Below are positions 1 to 9,769 of a DNA stretch of 32,000 nt, in pieces; within the stretch, counting starts at the first letter, position 1; the number at the start of each line of letters is the position of its first letter. The stretch lies in sequence record CM123846.1. One strand, written 5' to 3'. The notes beneath the pieces were generated by a model. That model was not told where the DNA came from. It ran no database searches and saw nothing but the letters and a program-made list of their open reading frames with translations. A program made the position numbers and the translations under genes.

Positions 1-1707
1 ATCATGTTCTAAAAATGGAATCAAACTTGTTGCAATTGATATCATCTGTAATGTATCAACCGATTGGTTAGTAATATCCTTATAATCTGAATAATCAAAT
101 TTTCGATTTTTTCGAGTCGGAAGTTGGAGTCTTGGTAACATACCCGTACCCGAACATGTAATATCTGCTGGTGCAATTGAATAATTTACTTCATTAAATG
201 GAATATTATAAATAGGGTTTAAAAACTGTTGAACTTGTCCTTTATATACTTGAAAAAATGGTGTTTCAATTGACCCCAATTTATTTGGGCGAGCAAAAAC
301 TGTTAACGAATTAACTAAACCTGCATTTTGGCCTTCTGGCGTTTCAATTGGACATAAACGCCCATAATACGTCGGGTGAATACCACGAATTTGAATCGTT
401 GTTTGTTTACTACTTACTCCCCCTGGTCCTAATACAGTAATACGACGTTTATGAGTAATTTCTGCTAAAGGATTTGTTTCATCTAGGAATTGTGCTAAAG
501 TTCCACTTGTAAAAAAGCTTTTCCAAGATTTACTTACACACTTTGATAAATTTGATTTTTGTAATTTCCATACAATTTCAGAATCATTTTGTATGGATAA
601 ATTTAATTTGCGACTCATAACAATTTCAAATTCACGTATTCCACGAACTAGTTGATCTTGTAATAATTCACCACAACCACGAATACGTTTATTCGATAAA
701 CTATCAATATCATCACCTTCAATTTCACCAGAAATTAATTTCAATAAAGCATTTGTTGCATAAACTAAATCATCACCACATAATAATGTTGAATTAGAAG
801 AAATAGTACTATTAAATTTATATTTAAATTGTTGACGGCCAATATAACCTAAGTCACGGTTTTTTGGATTCCACAAAATTGAAGTAAAAAATTCTTGTGC
901 AGTTTCTGAAGTTACAACTTGATCGCGACCTAACGTTGTATATTCTTGAATATGCGCATATATATAACGAATTGCTTCAATGCGAGTTTGTGGGTGAGAA
1001 TTTAATTTTGCTCGTTCTAAAATTCGACCATGACGTGTTTTTTCTTGCGTTTTTTGATCACGAATAAAACTAAATTGAAGCATTTGTGAATGTTCAATTC
1101 TTGCACATAATTCGGAAATTGAAATACCAAGCGCTTGTAAAAAAATTATTAATGAAATTTTACGACGTAATAGTCGAGTTGTAATCCATAATCGATTTTT
1201 TTTATCAATAGTTATATTTAACCAACTACCTTGTTCTGGAACTATACGAATAGTTGGAACACGGGTACGTGAATCATTTGGAAGGATATATATTCCTGGA
1301 TTTCGTACCATTTGATATAATACAATTCGTGGAATTCCATTAATAATAAAATGTCCACTTGGAGTCATTAATGGTAAGAAACCTAATAATAACCACTCAA
1401 CTTTAGATTTTTTCCATTGAGTACTTGAAATAACAGCTGGAATATAAACTGAACAGCCATAAGTTTTACCTGAAAAAAGCGAATTTTGTTCTTTATCATC
1501 TGGCGTACGGAATTGTAATTTTTCGGGCAAAAATTTAATTTTTAGTGAATGAATGCCATAAGAACAATTTACAGGCGTATTTTCATTTAACCCAATTTGG
1601 ATTCCTTGAATTAAAAATTTTTGGAAACTCCCGTATTGTAATGAAACTAAATCTGGTATAATCGGCTTTGGTAATTTTTTTTTTTTAATAATTTTATTAT
1701 TAGACAT
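1..1707 (-). CDS. rpoB: RNA polymerase beta subunit, N-terminal part (3' end lies outside the window)
   Basis: Minus-strand frame is open from ATG (complement of 1705-1707) to the window edge, 569 codons. My translation begins MSNNKIIKKKKLPKPIIPDLVSLQYGSFQKF. It contains THKRRITVLGPGG, IRGIHPTYYGRLCPIETPEGQNAGLV and SIATSLIPFLEHD, which are typical rpoB motifs. It is absent from the ORF track because it is open-ended. Confidence 0.93.
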   Translation of the reverse strand, partial: MSNNKIIKKKKLPKPIIPDLVSLQYGSFQKFLIQGIQIGLNENTPVNCSYGIHSLKIKFLPEKLQFRTPDDKEQNSLFSGKTYGCSVYIPAVISSTQWKKSKVEWLLLGFLPLMTPSGHFIINGIPRIVLYQMVRNPGIYILPNDSRTRVPTIRIVPEQGSWLNITIDKKNRLWITTRLLRRKISLIIFLQALGISISELCARIEHSQMLQFSFIRDQKTQEKTRHGRILERAKLNSHPQTRIEAIRYIYAHIQEYTTLGRDQVVTSETAQEFFTSILWNPKNRDLGYIGRQQFKYKFNSTISSNSTLLCGDDLVYATNALLKLISGEIEGDDIDSLSNKRIRGCGELLQDQLVRGIREFEIVMSRKLNLSIQNDSEIVWKLQKSNLSKCVSKSWKSFFTSGTLAQFLDETNPLAEITHKRRITVLGPGGVSSKQTTIQIRGIHPTYYGRLCPIETPEGQNAGLVNSLTVFARPNKLGSIETPFFQVYKGQVQQFLNPIYNIPFNEVNYSIAPADITCSGTGMLPRLQLPTRKNRKFDYSDYKDITNQSVDTLQMISIATSLIPFLEHD

Positions 1708-1814
1708 AGTAGATTCAAATGTATGGACCATCCTGAAAAATTTGTTATACTAATGATTAAATATCGTTAATCTATACAATTTTAGTAAAATAGGTTCGAT
1801 ATATATATTTCAGA

Positions 1815-1886
1815 GGCGGTATAGCCAAGTGGTAAGGCCGTGGATTGCAAATCCTCTATTCCCCAGTTCGAATCTGGGTGCCGCCT
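1815..1886 (+). tRNA. trnC: tRNA-Cys (GCA)
   Basis: Cloverleaf: acceptor GGCGGTA/TGCCGCC, anticodon loop TTGCAAA, T-arm CCCAG-TTCGAAT-CTGGG. Confidence 0.9.
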
Positions 1887-2067
1887 ATTAAATAAATGAA
1901 TTTAAAGTATTTTATTAACAAAAAAAATGAGATTCACAATTCTCATGTTATATTCAACCCATAATGTTGCTACTTTTCAGTCCTCACATGATTCTGAATC
2001 AAATGACATAGAATATGAACCTCATTTATCATCCTATCATGATGATACGTTATTGTCGATATCTTTT

Positions 2068-2099
2068 TATGTATCTCTTTATTGAAAGAGAGATACATA
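2068..2099 (-). terminator. 3' stem-loop downstream of petD
   Basis: TATGTATCTC pairs with GAGATACATA (10 bp plus a bulged extension), 29 nt beyond the petD stop. Confidence 0.5.
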
Positions 2100-2127
2100 A
2101 ACTATATAAGTTCAGGTGAACTTATTA

Positions 2128-2610
2128 TTAAAATAAGCCTAATGTTAAAGAAATATCAATAGGTAATGCTGCTCCAATTCCTAACCAAATTGCAGCAACT
2201 GTTCCAACTAAGAATACAGTCATTGCAACTGGACGACGGAATGGGTTTTGAAATTTATTAATACTTTCAATGAAAGGCACTGTAATTAAACCTGCAGGAA
2301 CTGCTGCCATTAAAAGTACTCCTAATAATTTATTAGGTACTGTACGTAATAATTGGAATACTGGAAAGAAATACCATTCTGGTAAAATTTCTAGTGGAGT
2401 TGCAAATGGATTTGCAGGTTCACCAATTGCAGCTGGTTCTAACACTGCTAAACCAATAACACAAGCAAAAGTCCCAAAAATTACAACAGGGAAAATATAT
2501 AATAAGTCATTTGGCCAAGCGGGTTCACCATAGTAATTGTGACCCATACCTTTAGCCAATTTTGCGCGTAATACTGGATCTGAAAGATCAGGTTTTTTTG
2601 TAACTGCCAT
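2128..2610 (-). CDS. petD: cytochrome b6f subunit IV
   Basis: 160-aa ORF with ATG start and TAA stop. Sequence includes [38 protein letters not shown] and [16 protein letters not shown]. It is uninterrupted (no intron). Confidence 0.97.
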   Translation of the reverse strand: MAVTKKPDLSDPVLRAKLAKGMGHNYYGEPAWPNDLLYIFPVVIFGTFACVIGLAVLEPAAIGEPANPFATPLEILPEWYFFPVFQLLRTVPNKLLGVLLMAAVPAGLITVPFIESINKFQNPFRRPVAMTVFLVGTVAAIWLGIGAALPIDISLTLGLF

Positions 2611-2657
2611 AATTTAATCTTTTTTTTTAATTAATTAAAATTGAAATTAAATTCAAT

Positions 2658-3323
<666 letters not shown>

Positions 3324-3404
3324 TTAAACTGTAAATACTAACGATTTACTTTTAAACCACAATTAGGCTGAATATATTTATTCATCGCTAGAATTAAATA
3401 TATA

Positions 3405-4013
3405 CTATTTATTTTCTGACCATTTTGTATCGACAGCAACTTGATCTACTAAACCATAGACTTTTGCTTCTTCGGCTGATAAAAATTGATCACGATCCAT
3501 ATCTCGTGAAATACGGCTTAGAGGTTGACCAGTTCGTTGAGCATAAATTTGACCGACTTGTCTTCGAATACGCATTACTTCTTCTGATTCTGCTAAAACT
3601 TCTGAAGCTTGACCCTGACTACCACCTTCGGGTTGATGGATCATAATACGTGAATAAGGTAATGCAATACGTTTACCAGTATCGCCACCAGCTAAAATAA
3701 ATGAAGCCATCGACGCTGCTGTTCCGACACAAATAGTTGTAACTGGTGATTGAACATAGTTCATTGCATCGTAGACTGCAATTCCACATGTCACAGATCC
3801 ACCGGGCGAGTTTATATATAAATATAAACCTTTATTCTTATCTTCAGAGTTTAAATATAGCATGATACCAATAAGTTGGTTTGCTAACTCATCATCTAAT
3901 TCTTGACATAAAAATAAAACACGTTCACGATAAAGCCTATTATATAAATCAACCCACTGAGCTGATGGCTCTCCAGGTAAACGAAAAGGGACTTTCGGGA
4001 CTCCAATTGGCAT
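3405..4013 (-). CDS. clpP: ATP-dependent Clp protease proteolytic subunit
   Basis: 202-aa ORF with [23 protein letters not shown] and IMIHQPEGG (Ser/His active-site contexts). TAG stop. No intron and no insertion. Confidence 0.95.
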   Translation of the reverse strand: MPIGVPKVPFRLPGEPSAQWVDLYNRLYRERVLFLCQELDDELANQLIGIMLYLNSEDKNKGLYLYINSPGGSVTCGIAVYDAMNYVQSPVTTICVGTAASMASFILAGGDTGKRIALPYSRIMIHQPEGGSQGQASEVLAESEEVMRIRRQVGQIYAQRTGQPLSRISRDMDRDQFLSAEEAKVYGLVDQVAVDTKWSENK

Positions 4014-4196
4014 AAATTTAGTTCTCTATTCATTATCTATATATATATATAGTATATACTATATTAATATAGATAGCAAAAGTAATATTCACTAAATATT
4101 AAAAATATTAAATTTTAATATTTAATATATGCTATACTAATCTTAATAGTAGATTAAAAGAAAGAAAGTAAAAAATTATTAACATTAACAATTGTT

Positions 4197-5723
4197 ATGG
4201 GTCTTCCTTGGTATCGTGTTCACACAGTTGTATTAAATGATCCAGGTCGTTTAATTTCTGTTCACTTAATGCATACAGGACTAGTTTCTGGTTGGGCTGG
4301 TTCAATGGCATTTTATGAATTAGCTGTTTTTGATCCTTCTGATCCTGTATTAAATCCAATGTGGCGTCAAGGTATGTTTGTATTACCATTTATGACACGT
4401 TTAGGTATTACAGAATCATGGGGTGGTTGGACAATTAGTGGTGAAACAGCTTCAAATCCTGGTTTATGGAGTTATGAAGGTGTTGCTGCAACACACATCA
4501 TTTTAGCTGGTTTACTTTTTGCTGCGTCAATTTGGCATTGGGTTTATTGGGATTTAGAATTATTCCGTGATCCACGTACAGGCAATCCGGCATTAGATTT
4601 ACCAAAAATTTTCGGTATTCACTTATTTTTAAGTGGCCTATTATGTTTTGGTTTTGGAGCATTTCATGTAACAGGTTTATTTGGACCAGGTATTTGGGTA
4701 TCTGATCCGTATGGTATTACGGGTAGTGTTCAAGGAGTAGCACCATCTTGGGATTCTACTGGATTTGATCCTTATAACCCAGGTGGTATTGCAGCACATC
4801 ATATTGCTGCTGGGATTTTAGGTGTTATTGCAGGTTTATTCCACTTATGTGTTCGCCCACCACAACGTTTATATAACGGTTTACGAATGGGTAATATTGA
4901 AACTGTACTTTCAAGTAGTATTGCTGCTGTATTCTGGGCTGCATTCGTTGTAGCAGGTACAATGTGGTATGGGTCAGCTGCAACACCAATTGAATTATTT
5001 GGTCCAACTCGTTATCAGTGGGATTTAGGTTTCTTCCAAGAAGAAATTGAAACACGTGTACAAACAAGTTTAGCTGAAGGTAAATCAGCATCACAAGCAT
5101 GGGCTGAAATTCCAGAAAAATTAGCTTTTTATGACTATATTGGTAATAACCCAGCCAAAGGTGGTTTATTCCGTACTGGTGCTATGAATAGTGGTGATGG
5201 TATCGCTGTAGGTTGGCTTGGACATGCAGTTTTTAAAGATAAAAGTGGTAATGAACTATTTGTTCGTCGTATGCCATCATTCTTTGAGACATTCCCAGTT
5301 ATTTTATTAGATAAAGATGGTATTGTTCGTGCTGATGTGCCATTCCGTCGTGCAGAATCAAAATATAGTGTTGAGCAGGTTGGATTATCAGTAACATTCT
5401 ATGGTGGTGAATTAGATGGAGTAACATTTACTGATCCAGCAACAGTGAAAAAATATGCTCGTCGTGCTCAACTTGGTGAAATTTTTGAGTTTGATCGTGC
5501 AACATTACAATCTGATGGTGTATTCCGTTCAAGCCCTCGTGGTTGGTTCACTTATGCTCATTTATGTTTTGCGCTATTATTTTTCTTTGGTCATATTTGG
5601 CATGGTGCACGTACAATTTTCCGTGATGTATTTGCCGGTATTGATGCTGATTTAGAAGAACAAGTAGAATTCGGTGCCTTCATTAAATTAGGTGACACAA
5701 CTACTCGTCGTCAATCAATCTAA
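4197..5723 (+). CDS. psbB: photosystem II CP47 apoprotein
   Basis: 508-aa ORF beginning [27 protein letters not shown]. Confidence 0.98.
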   Translation: MGLPWYRVHTVVLNDPGRLISVHLMHTGLVSGWAGSMAFYELAVFDPSDPVLNPMWRQGMFVLPFMTRLGITESWGGWTISGETASNPGLWSYEGVAATHIILAGLLFAASIWHWVYWDLELFRDPRTGNPALDLPKIFGIHLFLSGLLCFGFGAFHVTGLFGPGIWVSDPYGITGSVQGVAPSWDSTGFDPYNPGGIAAHHIAAGILGVIAGLFHLCVRPPQRLYNGLRMGNIETVLSSSIAAVFWAAFVVAGTMWYGSAATPIELFGPTRYQWDLGFFQEEIETRVQTSLAEGKSASQAWAEIPEKLAFYDYIGNNPAKGGLFRTGAMNSGDGIAVGWLGHAVFKDKSGNELFVRRMPSFFETFPVILLDKDGIVRADVPFRRAESKYSVEQVGLSVTFYGGELDGVTFTDPATVKKYARRAQLGEIFEFDRATLQSDGVFRSSPRGWFTYAHLCFALLFFFGHIWHGARTIFRDVFAGIDADLEEQVEFGAFIKLGDTTTRRQSI

Positions 5724-5738
5724 ATTGGTTTAATATAA

Positions 5739-5758
5739 AACTTAGTGAACTCTAAGTT
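5739..5758 (+). promoter_or_regulatory. short stem-loop in the psbB-psbT spacer
   Basis: AACTTAG pairs with CTAAGTT (7 bp, 6-nt loop). Possible RNA processing or stability element. Confidence 0.3.
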
Positions 5759-5796
5759 GTATTATGCTAAATAAAGACTTGAAATAAGGAATTATT

Positions 5797-5895
5797 ATGG
5801 AAGCATTAGTTTATACATTTTTATTAATTGGTACATTAGGTATTATCTTTTTCTCTATTTTCTTTAGAGAACCACCACGTATTAATACGAAATAA
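5797..5895 (+). CDS. psbT: photosystem II protein T
   Basis: My translation is [32 protein letters not shown] (32 aa). It is below the ORF-track size cutoff and sits in the canonical position after psbB. Confidence 0.93.
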   Translation: MEALVYTFLLIGTLGIIFFSIFFREPPRINTK

Positions 5896-5919
5896 TGCGT
5901 ACTAGGTATTTTATATTTT

Positions 5920-5951
5920 TGAAATCGGGATTAATTGAACTCCCGATTTCA
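5920..5951. terminator. bidirectional stem-loop between convergent psbT and psbN
   Basis: TGAAATCGGGA pairs with TCCCGATTTCA (11 bp, 10-nt loop). Confidence 0.6.
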
Positions 5952-5956
5952 GTATA

Positions 5957-6091
5957 TTAATCTTCATGTTCCTCAAATGGATCGCGTAATTTATTTGAAG
6001 GTGGCCCAAATCCAACATAGATTGAATATCCAGTTGCACTTAGTAAAAGACACCATAAAAAAATTGCAAAGAAAAAAGCTGGACTGTCCAT
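5957..6091 (-). CDS. psbN: photosystem II protein N
   Basis: My minus-strand translation is [44 protein letters not shown] (44 aa). It has the conserved C-terminal RDPFEEH and the canonical antisense position between psbT and psbH. Confidence 0.92.
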   Translation of the reverse strand: MDSPAFFFAIFLWCLLLSATGYSIYVGFGPPSNKLRDPFEEHED

Positions 6092-6279
6092 AAATTATTT
6101 ATTTAATAATATTTATAATTGCTACTAGTTATAGTATAACATACTAAAAGTTAAATTTTTTAAATAAAACTAAAAAAGTTTTATATTCTTACAAATGTGC
6201 TATATAATATATATATATTGATAGTATCAACCACAAAATTCGAATTATAGAAAGTAAAAAAAATTAATTAAAAGTTAAT

Positions 6280-6528
6280 ATGGCTACTGGAACTACATCA
6301 AAAGTAAAATCAGCAAATCAAGAATCAGGTCTAGTAACACCATTAGGTACATTACTAAAACCATTAAATTCTGAATATGGTAAAGTTGCTCCAGGTTGGG
6401 GTACAACAGTTGTTATGGGTGTTTTTATGGCTTTATTTGCTATTTTCTTAGTAATTATTTTAGAGATTTATAATAGTTCAGTAATTTTAGACGATGTTAC
6501 AATGAGTTGGACATCTCTTGCAAAATAA
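6280..6528 (+). CDS. psbH: photosystem II phosphoprotein H
   Basis: 82-aa ORF beginning [11 protein letters not shown] and containing [15 protein letters not shown]. Confidence 0.95.
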   Translation: MATGTTSKVKSANQESGLVTPLGTLLKPLNSEYGKVAPGWGTTVVMGVFMALFAIFLVIILEIYNSSVILDDVTMSWTSLAK

Positions 6529-6547
6529 AGTTAATTAAACAAATTAT

Positions 6548-6578
6548 AGAGATTACTCTCTAATCAAGAGTAATCTCT
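6548..6578 (+). terminator. 3' stem-loop downstream of psbH
   Basis: AGAGATTACTCT pairs with AGAGTAATCTCT (12 bp, 7-nt loop). Confidence 0.6.
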
Positions 6579-6602
6579 GAATATTACTAAATACTATCTA
6601 AT

Positions 6603-6873
6603 TGGGGATAGAGAGACTTGAACTCTCACGATTCAATGAATCAACGGATTTTCAGTTTGAAAACTGGACTCTCTCTTTATCCAAATTTTTTTTTGGATAG
6701 CTCCCGTCGAGTCTCTGCACCTTTTAAATTAAATATTTAAATTGGCTCAAGATTGCTTTAAAAAAAGTTTCCTTGAATTTGAGAGCATTCACTTAATAAA
6801 TTTCTCTATTAAGGCTCAATATTATAACTTGACCCTTTAAGTCCGTTGCGTCTACCAATTCCGCCATATCCCC
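6603..6873 (-). tRNA. trnL: tRNA-Leu (UAA), split by a group I intron (exon 1 6873-6839, exon 2 6652-6603)
   Basis: Exon 1 is GGGGATATGGCGGAATTGGTAGACGCAACGGACTT. Exon 2 is AAAATCCGTTGATTCATTGAATCGTGAGAGTTCAAGTCTCTCTATCCCCA. Joining them gives anticodon loop CTTAAAA (UAA), interrupted between U34 and A35. Confidence 0.93.
6653..6838 (-). other. group I intron of trnL(UAA), about 186 nt, with no internal ORF
   Basis: RNA-sense sequence contains ATTGAGCCTTAA, TCAAATTCAAGGAAAC, TCTTGAGCCAA and AAGGTGCAGAGACTCGACGGGAGCTATCC, the conserved core blocks of the cyanobacterial/plastid trnL intron. The upstream exon ends in U and the intron ends in G. Confidence 0.88.
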
Positions 6874-6993
6874 TATATATATATTATGATTATAACATAA
6901 GAATTATGTATATGTAAATATAATAATAATAAATATATTATTTGTAATTTTTCTTATTACAATGTAAAATATATTTAGATATTGAAAGTATCA

Positions 6994-7075
6994 GGGTCGA
7001 TGTCCGAGTGGTTAATGGAGGCGGATTGTAAATCCGTTGGCTTTGCCTACGCTGGTTCAAATCCAGCTCGGCCCA
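6994..7075 (+). tRNA. trnY: tRNA-Tyr (GUA)
   Basis: Acceptor GGGTCGA/TCGGCCC, anticodon loop TTGTAAA, long variable arm, T-arm CTGGTTCAAATCCAG. Confidence 0.9.
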
Positions 7076-7085
7076 AACTATAATA

Positions 7086-7117
7086 TTTCTTATGGATAGA
7101 TTAATTTCCATAAGAAA
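7086..7117. terminator. stem-loop between convergent trnY and psbM
   Basis: TTTCTTATGGA pairs with TCCATAAGAAA (11 bp, 10-nt loop). Confidence 0.55.
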
Positions 7118-7123
7118 AACTTT

Positions 7124-7231
7124 TTATTTTTCTTCATTACTTGCTGTTTTAACGTATAAAATTAGTAAGAATGATGTTGGGATAATAATAAATAGCGCTG
7201 TTGCAATTAAGCCTAAAATATTTACTTCCAT
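7124..7231 (-). CDS. psbM: photosystem II protein M
   Basis: My minus-strand translation is [35 protein letters not shown] (35 aa), which matches the psbM consensus pattern. Confidence 0.88.
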   Translation of the reverse strand: MEVNILGLIATALFIIIPTSFLLILYVKTASNEEK

Positions 7232-7375
7232 GAAGGTTAACTCCAAATATACATAAAAATCAAGTCGAACAAGTTTTTACTTGATTATTAATTTAGCTGT
7301 TAATATTTATTGTACTAGAAAATTCTGAAAAATAAAAAGTTTTTAATAAATATATTTATTCAATATAGTTAATAT

Positions 7376-7462
7376 CGGAGAAGGGGGGATTCGAACCCCC
7401 GGTAGTCTCGCAACTACGCCGGTTTTCAAAACCGGTGCAATCAACCACTCTGCCACCTCTCC
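7376..7462 (-). tRNA. trnS: tRNA-Ser (UGA)
   Basis: The reverse complement begins GGAGAGGTGGCAGAGTGGTTGA. It has anticodon loop TTTGAAA, a long variable arm and T-arm GGGGGTTCGAATCCCCC. Confidence 0.9.
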
Positions 7463-7464
7463 TA

Positions 7465-7537
7465 AGCGGGTAACGCGACTCGAACGCGCGACATGCACCT
7501 TGGCAAGGTGCCGCTCTACCAACTGAGCTATACCCGC
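7465..7537 (-). tRNA. trnG: tRNA-Gly (GCC), copy 1
   Basis: The reverse complement is GCGGGTATAGCTCAGTTGGTAGAGCGGCACCTTGCCAAGGTGCATGTCGCGCGTTCGAGTCGCGTTACCCGCT. Anticodon loop is TTGCCAA. It lies only 2 nt from trnS(UGA). Confidence 0.92.
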
Positions 7538-7541
7538 GTTA
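7465..7541. repeat. arm A of a 77-bp perfect inverted repeat (partner 31120-31196)
   Basis: A base-by-base reverse-complement comparison found no mismatch over trnG(GCC) plus 4 nt of 5' flank (TAAC). Confidence 0.9.
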
Positions 7542-7653
7542 AAAGTACATTTATATTTGTACCATAAATTGTTTTAAATTGCAACTAATTTATAAATAAA
7601 TATATAATTATTGACATTTATTAAATTTTATAATAACCTTATAACTAAGGTTT

Positions 7654-7727
7654 AGCGGAGTAGAGCAGTCTGGTAGCTCGTAAGGCTCATAACCTTAAGG
7701 TCGTAGGTTCGAATCCTACCTCCGCTC
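7654..7727 (+). tRNA. trnfM: tRNA-Met (CAU), initiator-like
   Basis: The sequence is AGCGGAG TA GAGC AGTCTGGTA GCTC, then anticodon loop CTCATAA, then T-arm GTAGGTTCGAATCCTAC. The D-arm TAGAGCAGTCTGGTAGCTCG is the pattern seen in plastid/bacterial initiator tRNAs. However, the anticodon stem lacks the three G-C pairs, so the initiator assignment is not certain. Confidence 0.75.
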
Positions 7728-7784
7728 AGGTTAAAACTAAACTATTGACAATATAAAAAAAAAAGTATATTATGTATATAAAAA

Positions 7785-7857
7785 GCCCCCATCGTCTAGA
7801 GGCCTAGGACATCTCCCTTTCACGGAGGAAACGGGGATTCGAATTCCCCTGGGGGTA
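7785..7857 (+). tRNA. trnE: tRNA-Glu (UUC)
   Basis: The sequence begins GCCCCCATCGTCTAGAGGCCTAGGACA. Anticodon loop is CTTTCAC and the T-arm is GGGGATTCGAATTCCCC. Confidence 0.9.
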
Positions 7858-7868
7858 AACCTAACTTT

Positions 7869-7898
7869 ATCTTATCTACTATTGCCAGTAGACAAGAT
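7869..7898 (+). terminator. stem-loop downstream of trnE
   Basis: ATCTTATCTACT pairs with AGTAGACAAGAT (11 of 12 positions paired, 6-nt loop). Confidence 0.4.
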
Positions 7899-8045
7899 TG
7901 AAATAAACTACTACAATGATCAAATAAAACATAGTAAAAAGTTTTCTCTTTTTTCTATGAAAATCTCTTAAAAAGTGCTCTTAAATACATTTTTTATGGG
8001 AAAAATTATTATAATTTAAACTAAATTAATTATAGGAGAGCATAA

Positions 8046-8393
8046 ATGACTCGTGTTAAACGTGGTAATGTTGCTCGAAAACGACGTAAAGAAGTACTAA
8101 ATTTAGCAAGTGGATTTAGAGGTTCGTCATCACGTCTGTTTCGTACTGCTCAACAACAAACTATGAAAGCATTACGATATGCTTATCGAGATCGTAAACA
8201 AAGAAAACGTGAATATACAAGTTTATGGATTTCACGCTTAAATGCAGCAGCTAGACAACATGGAATGAATTACAATTCATTACGCCATCAATTAAAAAAA
8301 TCAAATATTATTTTGAATCGAAAAGTATTAAGTCAAGTCGCAATTCGTGATCAAGAAGCATTTAATCAATTAATTGCACAAATTCAAGATTAA
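8046..8393 (+). CDS. rpl20: ribosomal protein L20
   Basis: 115-aa ORF beginning [30 protein letters not shown] lies upstream. Confidence 0.95.
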   Translation: MTRVKRGNVARKRRKEVLNLASGFRGSSSRLFRTAQQQTMKALRYAYRDRKQRKREYTSLWISRLNAAARQHGMNYNSLRHQLKKSNIILNRKVLSQVAIRDQEAFNQLIAQIQD

Positions 8394-8449
8394 TTTGTTT
8401 CATATGAATATTTGATTCAAATAAAATACTTTGGAGGTAACTTCTAAAT

Positions 8450-8746
8450 ATGAATCAACCTAAATTAGGTAAGCGTGGATTTAAATCAAAACGCAAACCG
8501 GTGCCTGTTGTAATTGCAAAGCCTGGGGATCGTAAATTGTGGAATACTAATCAACCTGCACCACGTTCAACAATTGATTATAAAAATACAAAATTATTAA
8601 TTAAGTTTATTAGTCCACAAGGAAAAATTCTGCCACGACGTGCAACAGGTTTAACAGCAAAACAACAACGTGCAATGGCTACAGCTATTAAACGTGCACG
8701 TATGAGTGGTTTATTACCTTTTGTTAATTTAGAAATTAACAAATAA
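8450..8746 (+). CDS. rps18: ribosomal protein S18
   Basis: 98-aa ORF containing [38 protein letters not shown] at 8433-8437. Confidence 0.93.
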   Translation: MNQPKLGKRGFKSKRKPVPVVIAKPGDRKLWNTNQPAPRSTIDYKNTKLLIKFISPQGKILPRRATGLTAKQQRAMATAIKRARMSGLLPFVNLEINK

Positions 8747-8768
8747 AAATTTTCTCAATAAAACAATC

Positions 8769-8794
8769 AAAAATACTACCACTTAAGTATTTTT
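8769..8794 (+). terminator. AU-rich stem-loop downstream of rps18
   Basis: AAAAATACT pairs with AGTATTTTT (9 bp, 8-nt loop). Confidence 0.35.
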
Positions 8795-8837
8795 TTTGAG
8801 ACAATACAATAAATACAGTTACAAAAAAAAAATTCAT

Positions 8838-8910
8838 CACGCCTTGTAGGACTTGAACCCACGACATCAGGTTTTGGAAACCTGCGTTCTACCAACTGAA
8901 CTAAAGGCGT
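8838..8910 (-). tRNA. trnW: tRNA-Trp (CCA)
   Basis: The reverse complement begins ACGCCTTTAGTTCAGTTGGTAGAACGCAGGT. Anticodon loop is TTCCAAA and the T-arm is GTGGGTTCAAGTCCTAC. Confidence 0.9.
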
Positions 8911-8912
8911 TT

Positions 8913-8986
8913 TCGGGATGACAGGATTCGAACCTGCGACCTCCTGTTCCCAAAACAGGAGCGCTACCAAACTGCGCTACATCCCG
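8913..8986 (-). tRNA. trnP: tRNA-Pro (UGG)
   Basis: The reverse complement begins CGGGATGTAGCGCAGTTTGGTAGCGC. Anticodon loop is TTTGGGA and the T-arm is GCAGGTTCGAATCCTGT. It lies 2 nt from trnW. Confidence 0.9.
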
Positions 8987-9098
8987 ATACTGTGTTACAG
9001 TTATTTGTTTATAGTACCTAAGGCGCTAAACTTTTGCAAGGGGTTTATATTTCTTTGTGAAATTGATGAATTTCATAATTAATTTGGAGAAAGCAAAT

Positions 9099-9224
9099 AT
9101 GAAGGATTTTACAACATACTTATCTACAGCACCAGTTCTTGCTCTTGTAAGCTTAACAGCTGTAGCAGGTTTATTAATTGAAATTAATCGCTATTTCCCA
9201 GATGCATTAATTCTTGCGTTTTAA
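9099..9224 (+). CDS. psaJ: photosystem I subunit IX
   Basis: My translation is [41 protein letters not shown] (41 aa), which contains the conserved LIEINR.FPD motif. Confidence 0.9.
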   Translation: MKDFTTYLSTAPVLALVSLTAVAGLLIEINRYFPDALILAF

Positions 9225-9232
9225 TTAGAATA

Positions 9233-9276
9233 AAAATTCTATATTAATTTTACTCATAAAATTAATATAGAATTTT
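9233..9276 (+). terminator. 3' stem-loop downstream of psaJ
   Basis: AAAATTCTATATTAATTTT pairs with AAAATTAATATAGAATTTT (19 bp perfect, 6-nt loop). Confidence 0.65.
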
Positions 9277-9374
9277 GAATAACTGTATAAATACTTATTG
9301 AGAATATTTTACTAGTAATTTTACTTTAAAAAAATTAAATACTATTTAATAAATCTATTATTATATTTAATAAT

Positions 9375-9740
9375 ATGCCAACTATTCAACAATTAGTTCG
9401 TTCTGCTCGAACAAAAATATCAAAACCAACCAAATCAGCAGCATTAAAGCAATGCCCACAACGTCGCGGTGTATGTACACGTGTTTATACAACAACACCA
9501 AAGAAACCAAATTCGGCTTTAAGAAAAGTCGCTCGTGTTCGTTTATCATCAGGATTTGAAGTTACAGCTTATATTCCTGGAATTGGCCATAATTTACAAG
9601 AACATTCAGTTGTTTTAGTACGCGGTGGTCGAGTTAAAGATTTACCTGGGGTACGTTATCATATTGTTCGTGGAACATTAGATACTGCTGGTGTTAAAGA
9701 ACGTTCACAAGGCCGTTCTAAATATGGTGTAAAAAAATAG
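9375..9740 (+). CDS. rps12: ribosomal protein S12 (contiguous, not trans-spliced)
   Basis: 121-aa ORF beginning [14 protein letters not shown] and containing [21 protein letters not shown] stop. Confidence 0.97.
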   Translation: MPTIQQLVRSARTKISKPTKSAALKQCPQRRGVCTRVYTTTPKKPNSALRKVARVRLSSGFEVTAYIPGIGHNLQEHSVVLVRGGRVKDLPGVRYHIVRGTLDTAGVKERSQGRSKYGVKK

Positions 9741-9769
9741 AATTAAAATTATATATTAATTAGAAATTT

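Noticed and set aside
2270-2533. Antisense or alternative-frame ORFs within petD. Similar cases lie in clpP (3425-3646), psbB (4195-4389, 4825-5100, 5455-5655), tufA (10676-11221), rpl2 (14482-14682), rps8/infA (17478-17795), petA (21554-22378), psbD (23717-23950) and atpA (29451-29723, 30486-30704).
   Set aside because: All are nested in strongly conserved genes in other frames or on the other strand. Their products are Leu/Gln/His-rich and typical of non-coding frames.
4014-4196. AT-rich dyads and a (TA)7 run in the clpP/psbB divergent spacer, for example ATATTAAA-T-TTTAATAT.
   Set aside because: These are low-complexity AT sequence. Such short palindromes are expected by chance, and I cannot distinguish promoters from background without 5'-end data.
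8776-8970. 64-aa minus-strand ORF.
   Set aside because: It reads straight through trnW(CCA) and trnP(UGG). The tRNA cloverleaves explain the sequence.
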